A stretch of 64,000 nucleotides of DNA from Candidatus Methylomirabilota bacterium (GTDB lineage Bacteria; Methylomirabilota; Methylomirabilia; Rokubacteriales; CSP1-6). Positions 28,222-35,918 of the stretch are shown piece by piece (within the stretch, counting starts at the first letter, position 1; every line of letters starts with the position of its first letter). The notes below the pieces were generated by a model. The model was given only the letters and a program-made list of their open reading frames with translations, had not been told where the DNA came from and ran no database searches. Where the stretch lies: positions 23,605 to 87,604 of the forward strand of contig JBKPAK010000024.1 in assembly GCA_046726415.1 (NCBI GenBank). The letters run 5' to 3'. The position numbers were made by a program, and so were the translations under genes.

Positions 28222-28883
28222 ACTGCGCGAGCGCCCAGCCGCCCCGAGAGCACCAGCACTGCGCAGGAGAGCGCCGTGAGCACCACCACCAAGGTCAGCG
28301 CTTCTCCCGTCTCGCCGGTCTGCACGGCTGTGTAGATGGCAAGCGGCACGGTAGCCGTCTTACCGGGGATGTTGCCGGCTAGCATGAGCGTCGCTCCGAA
28401 CTCGCCGAGGGCGCGCGCGAAGGCCAGGACGAGCCCGGCCAGGATCCCGTTCCGGGCCAGCGGCAAGGTGACCCGCAGCGCCGTCCGCCACTCGGAGTAT
28501 CCGAGGGTAAAGGCGGCCTTCTCGAGATCGGGATCGACGGATTCGATGGCCGCCCGCGCGGTGCGAACGAGGAGCGGGAAGGCCATCACCGTCGCGGCGA
28601 TCACGGCGGCGTACCACGTGAAGGCCACGGTCCAGCCCGTCCACCCGTAGAGGGGTGCGCCGAGCCAGCCTCGCCTCCCCAGCACGACGATCAGATAGTA
28701 GCCGGTCACGGTGGGAGGCAGGACAAGCGGCAGGGTGACGACCACGTCGACCACCGAGCGCCCCCAGAAGCGTCGTCTGGCCAGCAGGTACGCGAGCGGA
28801 ATACCCAGCACGGCGTTCATCGCGGTCGCCAGCACCGCGACCTGCACCGAGAGGCGGACGGCGCTCAGTATCTCGGAGCTCAC
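28218..28883 (-). CDS. modB: Molybdate ABC transporter permease
   Basis: LPLVLPPTVTGY, FARALGEFGATLMLAGNIPG. Confidence 0.93.
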   Translation of the reverse strand: MSSEILSAVRLSVQVAVLATAMNAVLGIPLAYLLARRRFWGRSVVDVVVTLPLVLPPTVTGYYLIVVLGRRGWLGAPLYGWTGWTVAFTWYAAVIAATVMAFPLLVRTARAAIESVDPDLEKAAFTLGYSEWRTALRVTLPLARNGILAGLVLAFARALGEFGATLMLAGNIPGKTATVPLAIYTAVQTGETGEALTLVVVLTALSCAVLVLSGRLGARAV

Positions 28884-29656
28884 CGCGCTCCCGGCGGAGG
28901 CGGCTGGAACCCGAGCCGGGCAAGCACGGCCTGCCCCTCCCGGCCGGTGAGCAGGTCGATGAAGGCCTGGGCCAACGCCGATTGCTTCGAGGCGGCGATC
29001 ACGGCGACCGGGTAGACGACGGGTCGGTACGTGTCCTCGGCGGGCCGAAAGGCTTCGACGACGTGGATGCGCCGCACCGCCGCGTCCGTCGTGTATACGA
29101 AGCCGGCCTCGACCTCGCCCCGCGCGACGTAGTCGAGGGCCTGGCGCACGTTTTCGGCCAGGACGAGCTTCGGCTGCACGCGATCCCATAGCCCCAGCGC
29201 CTTCAGGCTCTCCTCGGAATACTGCCCGACCGGCACCGTTCTGGGGTTGCCGATGACGATCTTGCTGACCCGGCCCTCGAGCAGATCGCTCGGCTTGGCG
29301 ATGTCGAGCTTTGAATCGGCGGGCTTGATCACCGTGAGCACGTTGCGCGCGAAGCTCCGCCGGCTCGCCGCGACGATGAGGTTCTTCTGCTGAAGCTCGT
29401 CCATCTGCCGCTGGGCCGCCGAGATAAACAGATCCACCGGCGCGCCGGCCTCGATCTGCTTCTGCAATTCACCCGAGGATCCGAAGTTGTAGCGCAGCAC
29501 CACGCCCGGCCGGCGGGCCATGAACCCGCGGCCAAGTTCCTCCACCGCCTCCTTCATGCTGATGGCCACCGAGCACACCACGTCCTGCGCGTGCGCCGGG
29601 GCGCTGCTCAGCAGCACCGACAGAAGGGCGACCCCGAGGTGTCGCATGCGCCTCAT
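28880..29656 (-). CDS. modA: Molybdate-binding periplasmic protein
   Basis: Signal peptide, AISMKEA, FGSSGEL, GAPVDLFISA, VPVGQY, ENVRQAL, VYTTD. Confidence 0.93.
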   Translation of the reverse strand: MRRMRHLGVALLSVLLSSAPAHAQDVVCSVAISMKEAVEELGRGFMARRPGVVLRYNFGSSGELQKQIEAGAPVDLFISAAQRQMDELQQKNLIVAASRRSFARNVLTVIKPADSKLDIAKPSDLLEGRVSKIVIGNPRTVPVGQYSEESLKALGLWDRVQPKLVLAENVRQALDYVARGEVEAGFVYTTDAAVRRIHVVEAFRPAEDTYRPVVYPVAVIAASKQSALAQAFIDLLTGREGQAVLARLGFQPPPPGAR

Positions 29657-29701
29657 CTCAACCTCTCTTCGTCTGTGATAGGGTCAAAGCACCCTACGGT
29701 G

Positions 29702-29753
29702 TCGAGGGCGGAGGGCCGAGACCCATCCGCAGAAGGGAGCGGCCATGCCTTCG
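29702..29753. repeat. Dispersed repeat family 2, copy 2
   Basis: TCGAGG...GAAGGG...CATGCCTTCG, 52 bp, matches 7547-7598. Confidence 0.6.
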
Positions 29754-30227
29754 AGGAAGGCGCCGGTAGCCGGGCTCGTCGAACTGAAGCCTACAAGCAA
29801 CGCCACGGGGTATCAAAGTGTCCGGCGCAACATAATTGCCGCGCGCCTGCGGACCAAGACCTGGCTGGAGCTCGACGGCCAGTTCGTCATCGGTGACGGC
29901 GGCCTCAAGCTGTTGCTGGCGATCATCGAGCGCGGGTCCCTGCTCGCCGCCGCGCGCGACATCGGCTGGTCGTATCGACACGCGTGGGGTTATCTGCGGC
30001 AGGCGGAGGCGGTGCTCGGCGCGTCCCTGACCGTCTCCCGGCCGGGACGGGGACCGGCCCGCGGAACGCTGCTCACGGAGGCCGGCCGGCTGGTGCTCGA
30101 GAAGCTCCTGGCGATTCGCAACCGACTCGACGACGCGCTCGGCCCGACCGGGCCCACCTCGCATGAGGTCGCCGCAAAGGGCACGGCGACTCGCCCAACG
30201 AGAAACCCCAGACAAGGAGGCTTGTAA
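29745..30227 (+). CDS. Second ModE-type winged-HTH regulator (DNA-binding domain only; start uncertain)
   Basis: IGDGGLKLLLAIIERGSLLAAARDIGWSYRHAW; stop overlaps the tpx ATG (TAATG). Confidence 0.8.
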   Translation: MPSRKAPVAGLVELKPTSNATGYQSVRRNIIAARLRTKTWLELDGQFVIGDGGLKLLLAIIERGSLLAAARDIGWSYRHAWGYLRQAEAVLGASLTVSRPGRGPARGTLLTEAGRLVLEKLLAIRNRLDDALGPTGPTSHEVAAKGTATRPTRNPRQGGL

Positions 30228-30748
30228 TGGCCGATAGAACTGTGACCTTGCGCGGCAATCCCCTGAATCTCGGAGGCTCTGAGGTCAAGGCGGGGCAGCC
30301 GGCCCCCGACTTCACCGCCGTGGACAACAGCCTGCAGGCGGTCCGCCTCAGCGAGGCCAAGGGCAAGGTCGTCATCCTCAGCTCGGTACCGTCGCTCGAC
30401 ACGCCCGTGTGCGACACCGAGACGCGGAAGTTCAACCAGGAGGCGGCCGGCCTCGGCAGCGGGGTCGAGATCTGGACGATCAGCATGGATCTGCCCTTCG
30501 CCCAGAAGCGCTGGTGCGGGGCAGCGGGGGTCACCGCGGTGAAGACGCTCTCCGATTTTCGCGAGCGGGCGTTCGGCCAGAAGTACGGCGTGGCCATCAC
30601 GAGCGGACCGCTGGCCGGCGTGAACGCGCGCGCGGTCTTCGTGGTGGGCAAGGACGGCACCCTCAAGCACGTGGAGTACGTGCCGGAGATCGCCAGCGAG
30701 CCGAACTACGCAGCGGCGCTTGGCGCAGCTCGCGCCGCCGCCGGTTAG
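30227..30748 (+). CDS. tpx: Thiol peroxidase (atypical 2-Cys peroxiredoxin)
   Basis: VPSLDTPVCD, ISMDLPFAQKRWCG, ARAVFVV, EPNY. Confidence 0.95.
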   Translation: MADRTVTLRGNPLNLGGSEVKAGQPAPDFTAVDNSLQAVRLSEAKGKVVILSSVPSLDTPVCDTETRKFNQEAAGLGSGVEIWTISMDLPFAQKRWCGAAGVTAVKTLSDFRERAFGQKYGVAITSGPLAGVNARAVFVVGKDGTLKHVEYVPEIASEPNYAAALGAARAAAG

Positions 30749-30751
30749 TGA

Positions 30752-30779
30752 AATGGGGGGCCCGAAAGGGCCCCCCATT
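30752..30779. repeat. Family 1 head hairpin between convergent genes (copy E)
   Basis: AATGGGGGGCCC-GAAA-GGGCCCCCCATT, perfect 12-bp stem. Confidence 0.75.
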
Positions 30780-30793
30780 GCCCCTACGCGCGC

Positions 30794-31297
30794 CTAACCC
30801 TTCCGAAGGATCGCCGCCGCCTGCGTGACGAGGCCAAGCATGGCCTCGGCTGCGGGGGCAGACGCCACGGGATTGTCAGCGAAGGTGGCGAAGCCGCAGT
30901 CCGGGGTGAGGAGCACTCGTTCCGCCCCGAAGACGTCGACCGCCCGCCGGGCGCGAGCGAGCACCTCAGCGGCGCTCTCCACCGGATCGCGTTTCTGATT
31001 GACCACCCCCACGCCGATGCGGAGGTGACTCGGCAGAGCTTTCAGCACGTCGATCTCGCCCGCGCGCGGGGTGGCGAGTTCGAGGAATAGCGTGCCGACC
31101 TCGATGTCGGCCAGCAGGCCGAGCAGAGGCCGATAGTCGCCGGCCAGCGCCACCGCTTCGTCGGGCGTCCAGTTTCCGCGGCACACGTGCAAGGCCATGT
31201 GCTGGCGAATCAGCAACAAGAGCCCGTTGCCGCAGTCGAGGTCGCCGCCGTCGAAGCCGGCGTCCGCCTCCAACCGGTGCGCGGGAACGGGATCCAT
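30794..31297 (-). pseudogene. In-frame chimera: TusA-like N-terminus plus C-terminal part of a cobalamin-independent methionine-synthase-II-like protein
   Basis: FDGGDLDCGNGLLLLIRQH joined near 31197 to ALHVCRGNW...FLE...GVV...TPDCGFATF. Confidence 0.7.
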
Positions 31298-31307
31298 CAG
31301 GTCGCGA

Positions 31308-31670
31308 TCAGTAGCTGACGCACGGGCTTCCCTCGGAGAGAAACTCGACCAGCTTCGCTCCGCCCACGACGGCCGCGGCCGCCACCAGGTTGTTCTCGTC
31401 GAGCTTCCGCTTCTTGAAGCACGGCGCGCAGACGTAGATGGTGCCGCCGCCCTTAGCGAAGTTGTCCATCAGCTCGCGCAGGGGAGCGAATCCCTCTTCG
31501 TGGATGGCATCGGCATAGCCCTTCTGGGACAGGCGCACGCCCTCGACGCTCAGGAAGACGAGCGTCTCCTTGCCCGAGCCGAGGGCGGCGTTGGCAACGA
31601 CGAAGGCGACCGTGGACTTGTCCGGGTTGTCCTGAGCGTGAGTCAAACTGACGCAGAACCGATTGGCCAT
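31308..31670 (-). CDS. DsrE family protein
   Basis: ANAAL, VFLSVEGV, IYVCAPC, GGAKLVEF. Confidence 0.88.
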   Translation of the reverse strand: MANRFCVSLTHAQDNPDKSTVAFVVANAALGSGKETLVFLSVEGVRLSQKGYADAIHEEGFAPLRELMDNFAKGGGTIYVCAPCFKKRKLDENNLVAAAAVVGGAKLVEFLSEGSPCVSY

Positions 31671-31672
31671 GG

Positions 31673-31906
31673 CTAGCTCCCTTTCCTGATGTGGTAGACG
31701 GGAGGGGCCTCGCAAAGCAGCGTGTTGCCGGTCATCCGGCACCAGGCGGGGATGTCGGCCGGTGCGCCGCGATCGCGCGTGATCAGCTCCAGCACGGCGC
31801 CCGCCGGCATCGAGGCCAGCCGCATCCGCAGCTCCAGCACCAGCTCACCGCATCCCCGATCGCCGGCGTCCCACACTTCATGGGCGACGATGGTCATGGC
31901 CGCCAT
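31673..31906 (-). CDS. TusA/SirA-family sulfur carrier (CG variant)
   Basis: WDAGDRGCGEL, DRGAPADIPAWCRMTG. Confidence 0.85.
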   Translation of the reverse strand: MAAMTIVAHEVWDAGDRGCGELVLELRMRLASMPAGAVLELITRDRGAPADIPAWCRMTGNTLLCEAPPVYHIRKGS

Positions 31907-32187
31907 GGTGAGGACCCAGGCACGCCGACGACGAACACGGCGACGATCAATCGGGCCTCCTCGCAGAACACATTGTATCGACAGCAGTTGAGCTTCGGCA
32001 TTGATCTTTCCTATCGAGCAACCCTCATCCATAGGCCCGAAAGGGACCCCGGGGCGCCCAGCGGGACACGCGAATGCGCGACTCGATCCGTTGATTATGC
32101 CTTTGGGGTATCGTCCAGTCGGTCAACTGTCGTCTCCGGTCGGTGTATCATTCGATTTTCATCACCAGCTCTTCGAGGAGAGTTCGC

Positions 32188-33051
32188 GTGCGACGATTCG
32201 AGCTCGCCCTGCCGCGCAGCGTCGCCGACTGCCTGAAGGTCCTCGCCCAGCGCGGGCCCGAGACAAAGGTGGTAGCGGGAGGGACCGATCTCCTGCCCCA
32301 GCTCAAGAACGGGCTGCTCAAACCTCCGTGGGTGGTCGACCTGTCCGGAGTTGCTGCGCTACGCATCCTCAAGCGCGACAAGCGCGGCCTTCGCGTCGGC
32401 GCCATGGTGACCGCGAGAGAACTCGAACTCGACCCCCAGGTCCGGGCCAGCTATCTGGCGGTGGCCGAAAGCGGAGCCGTGGTGGGCTCCGTCCAGGTGC
32501 GCCACCTCGCCACCGTGGGCGGCAACCTCTGCAATGCGGCGCCGTCCGCCGACATGGTGCCCCCCTTCCTGGCCCTGGACGCCGAGGCGGTCATCGCCGG
32601 ACCGGAGGGAAGGCGCCGCGTTCCGCTGGCGTCCTTCTTCCTCGGCGTCCGACGCACCGTGCTGGCGCCGGGTGAGCTGCTCCTCGAGCTTGTCGTCCCC
32701 GCACCGGGCCCTCGGAGCGGGGGGAACTATCTGCGTCACACCCCGCGCCGCGAGCTGGATATCGCGGTGGTCGGCGTGGCGTCCCAGGTCACCTTGTCGA
32801 ATGGCACGTGTGCGAAGGCTCGCATCGCCCTGGCCGCGGTGGCGCCGACCCCCATCCGGGCGACTGCCGCCGAGCAAGCCCTGGAGGGACAGCCAATCAC
32901 CCCGGAGGGGATCGACCGCGCGGCAGAGCTGGCCGTCGCGGCGGCCCGGCCCATCAGCGACCAGCGCGGTTCGGCCGAGTTCCGGAGCCACCTGGTCCGC
33001 GTCTTGACCCGCCGCACGCTCATGACCGCGCTCGAGCGCGCGCGATCTTGA
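32188..33051 (+). CDS. Xanthine dehydrogenase/CoxM-family FAD subunit
   Basis: AGGTDL, ATVGGNLCNAAPSAD, PISDQRGS. Confidence 0.92.
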   Translation: MRRFELALPRSVADCLKVLAQRGPETKVVAGGTDLLPQLKNGLLKPPWVVDLSGVAALRILKRDKRGLRVGAMVTARELELDPQVRASYLAVAESGAVVGSVQVRHLATVGGNLCNAAPSADMVPPFLALDAEAVIAGPEGRRRVPLASFFLGVRRTVLAPGELLLELVVPAPGPRSGGNYLRHTPRRELDIAVVGVASQVTLSNGTCAKARIALAAVAPTPIRATAAEQALEGQPITPEGIDRAAELAVAAARPISDQRGSAEFRSHLVRVLTRRTLMTALERARS

Positions 33052-33071
33052 GCCCGAGGAGGAATCGGCAC

Positions 33072-33554
33072 GTGGCAAGACTGGTTCTGAGCTGCACGGT
33101 GAACGACGAGCCGGTCGAGGTGCTCGTCCAGCCCTACGAAACCCTGCTCGACGCGCTCCGGGAGGACCTTGGCCTGACCGGCCCGAAGGAAGGATGCGGC
33201 ACCGGCGACTGCGGCGCCTGTACCGTCCACGTCGACGGCAAACCGATCGCCAGCTGTCTCGTGCTAGCCATGCAGGCGCGCGGTCGCTCGGTGCGGACGA
33301 TCGAGGGCCTGGCGAAGGCCGACGCCTTGCACCCACTCCAGGAGGCGTTCGTCCGCCTCGGTGTGCCCCAGTGCGGGTTCTGCATTCCCGGCGTGCTCAT
33401 GGCTGCCGCCGCCTTGCTCGAAGAGAACCCGCGTCCTACCGAATCTGAGATCCGCTACGGCATCGCCGGAAACCTCTGCCGGTGCACCGGCTACACGAAA
33501 ATGCTGACGGCCATTTCGGAAGCGGCCGCCGCCATGCCCGCTCGGGAGGACTGA
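33072..33554 (+). CDS. (2Fe-2S) subunit, CoxS/XdhC family
   Basis: GCGTGDCGAC, QCGFCIPG, GNLCRCTGY. Confidence 0.93.
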   Translation: MARLVLSCTVNDEPVEVLVQPYETLLDALREDLGLTGPKEGCGTGDCGACTVHVDGKPIASCLVLAMQARGRSVRTIEGLAKADALHPLQEAFVRLGVPQCGFCIPGVLMAAAALLEENPRPTESEIRYGIAGNLCRCTGYTKMLTAISEAAAAMPARED

Positions 33555-33556
33555 CC

Positions 33557-35884
33557 ATGGCCATCGTCATGAAGACCACGCGCGAGGTCAAAGGAATCGG
33601 GCTCGCCATCCCGCGCCCGGATGGCCCGGAGAAGGTCACGGGCAAGGTCCAGTACGTGGCCGACCTCAGACCACGCGGTCTGCTGCACGCGAAGCTGCTC
33701 CGCAGTCCCCATGCCCACGCCCGCATCGTGCGCATCGACACGAGCAAGGCACGGGCCCTCCCCGGGGTGCGAGCCGTCCTGACGGCGGCCGACATTCCCA
33801 CCCTGAAGCGGCAGGCCCCGACCCGCGCGCACGCCGTCCTGGCCATCGACCGCGTGGTCTTCGCCGGCCAGCCGGTCGCGGCGGTGGCGGCCGACGAGGC
33901 AGCCATCGCCGAGGAGGCCCTCGACCTCATCGAGATCGAATACGACGTGCTGCCCGCGGCCGTCGATCCGCTCCAGGCCATGAAGCCTGGGGCGCCGCCG
34001 GTGGCCGATGCCGGCACCGAGGCGGATACCAGCGAGGCGCTGGCCCACGCGGCGGTGGCCGTGGCGAAAAGCGACGCGGAACCGGCCAAGGCCGTCAACG
34101 TGTCCCAGCAGTCGCGCCTGCATCGCGGCGATGTGGGCAAGGGCTTCGCCGAATCCGACGTGGTGATCGAGAAGACGTACCGCGTGCCGATGGTCCACCA
34201 GGGATATCTCGAGCCACATGCGGTGCTGGCCGAGTGGGACCGCTCGGGAATCCTCACCCTGTGGGCAAGCACCCAGGGCTCGTTCAACACCCGCTCCGAA
34301 GTGGCGGACGTGCTCGGGCTATCCGAGAACGACATCCGCGTCATCCCGGTGGAGTGTGGCGGTGGCTTTGGCGGGAAGATCCGGGCGCTGTGCGAACCCA
34401 TCACGGCGGTCCTGGCCAAAGTGACGAACCGGCCGGTGCGCTATGTGATGACCCGGCGCGAGGAGCTGGAAGCGGGAATGCCCGCACCCCAAGTGATCAT
34501 CTGGCTCAAGACCGGGGTGAAGCGCGACGGCACGCTGATGGCCCTGCAAGCGGAGACCGTCCTCGAGTCCGGTGCCTTCTCCGGCACGGTGCTCGCCGTG
34601 AGCGCGGTCTTCCTCGGCAGCCTGTACAAATGGCCCGCCTTCGACATCAAAGGCTGCGAGGTCCTCACGCACAAGCCGAGCGTGGCGGCCTATCGCGCAC
34701 CAGTTGCCCCGCAGACGATCTTTGCCATCGACTCTCACATGCAGCACGTGGCGCGCACGCTGGGGCTCGACCCCGTCGAGTTCCGGTCCCGTCATCTGAT
34801 GCGCGAGGGCGACCCGATGGCCAACAACCAGCCCTGGCAAAACAATGGCGCTCACGAGGTGCTGCGCCGGGTCGCCGACCATCCGCTCTGGAAAAGCCGT
34901 GCGGAGTGGGCGGCCAGCGGGGGCAAGGATGGGCATGGCCAGCGGGGGACCGGCTTCGCGCTCGGCGGATGGCTGGGCGGGCTGCAGCCCACCGGGGCCA
35001 CCGTGCGCCTCAATCCCGACGGCTCACTCAGCGTGCTCACCGGCCAGGTCGACATCGCCGGCACCAACATTGCGCTGGCCCAGATCGCCGCCTCCGCCTA
35101 CGGCGTCGACATCGACCAGGTGAAGATCACCACCGGCGACACCGATGTCGCACCGGTCACCGGGCTCAGCGCCGGAAGCAAGACGGTCTATACGGTCGGT
35201 GTGGCCGTGCTGGAGGCCGCCAAGGACGCCCGCCAACAGACGTTCGATATTGCCGCCAAGGAGCTGGAGGCCTCGACCCACGATCTCGAGATGGAAGACG
35301 GTCGCGTGTTCGTCAAGGGCTTCCCGGACAAAGCGATCACCCTCGCCCAGATCGGCAAGAAGGGTAATCTCTACATGTCGAAGACGCCTCCCGTGCTCGG
35401 GGTGAGCCGCCCGGCCTTCTCCCAGCAGGCGCCGGCCTTCGCGGCCCAGCTGGCGCGCATCGAGATCGACTCCGATACCGGAGAGCTGACCTTGCACGAC
35501 TTCATGGTTGTGCAGGATGTCGGTCGGGCCATCAATCCCCTCGGGGTGGAAGGCCAGATGCAGGGCGGCGCCGTGCAGAGTCTCGGCATGGCACTCACCG
35601 AGGCTTTGACCTACGACGAGAACGGCAGGCTCACAAACCCGAGTCTGCTCGACTATCGCAAGCTGACCGCGGCCGATCTCCCGAATATCGAAACCATCAT
35701 CGTCGAGGTACCGTCACCGGCCGGTCCGTTTGGCGCGCGCGGCGTGGGCGAGCCGCCGATTGTCCCGGCGCCGGCGGCCATCGCCAACGCGATCGAGGAC
35801 GCCACCGGGCTCCGGATCACCGAGCTGCCCCTCACGCCAGAGCGGATCGCGCTGGAGCTCGCGCACCGACAGCAGCCCGGCTGA
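33557..35884 (+). CDS. Xanthine oxidase family molybdopterin-binding subunit
   Basis: RSPHAHA, STQG, GGGFGGK, AYRAP, GQMQGG, RGVGEPP. Confidence 0.93.
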   Translation: MAIVMKTTREVKGIGLAIPRPDGPEKVTGKVQYVADLRPRGLLHAKLLRSPHAHARIVRIDTSKARALPGVRAVLTAADIPTLKRQAPTRAHAVLAIDRVVFAGQPVAAVAADEAAIAEEALDLIEIEYDVLPAAVDPLQAMKPGAPPVADAGTEADTSEALAHAAVAVAKSDAEPAKAVNVSQQSRLHRGDVGKGFAESDVVIEKTYRVPMVHQGYLEPHAVLAEWDRSGILTLWASTQGSFNTRSEVADVLGLSENDIRVIPVECGGGFGGKIRALCEPITAVLAKVTNRPVRYVMTRREELEAGMPAPQVIIWLKTGVKRDGTLMALQAETVLESGAFSGTVLAVSAVFLGSLYKWPAFDIKGCEVLTHKPSVAAYRAPVAPQTIFAIDSHMQHVARTLGLDPVEFRSRHLMREGDPMANNQPWQNNGAHEVLRRVADHPLWKSRAEWAASGGKDGHGQRGTGFALGGWLGGLQPTGATVRLNPDGSLSVLTGQVDIAGTNIALAQIAASAYGVDIDQVKITTGDTDVAPVTGLSAGSKTVYTVGVAVLEAAKDARQQTFDIAAKELEASTHDLEMEDGRVFVKGFPDKAITLAQIGKKGNLYMSKTPPVLGVSRPAFSQQAPAFAAQLARIEIDSDTGELTLHDFMVVQDVGRAINPLGVEGQMQGGAVQSLGMALTEALTYDENGRLTNPSLLDYRKLTAADLPNIETIIVEVPSPAGPFGARGVGEPPIVPAPAAIANAIEDATGLRITELPLTPERIALELAHRQQPG

Positions 35885-35918
35885 ACCCTTCATCCTGGCG
35901 AGCTGGGCGCTGGGCGCG

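Noticed and set aside
26545-31906. Selenocysteine readthrough in the redox genes (msrB, tpx, DsrE, TusA)
   Set aside because: All active-site positions are Cys codons; no in-frame TGA was seen.
32188-35884. Aerobic CO dehydrogenase (coxMSL order)
   Set aside because: Lacks the AYxCSFR Cu-binding loop, and no cox accessory genes are adjacent.
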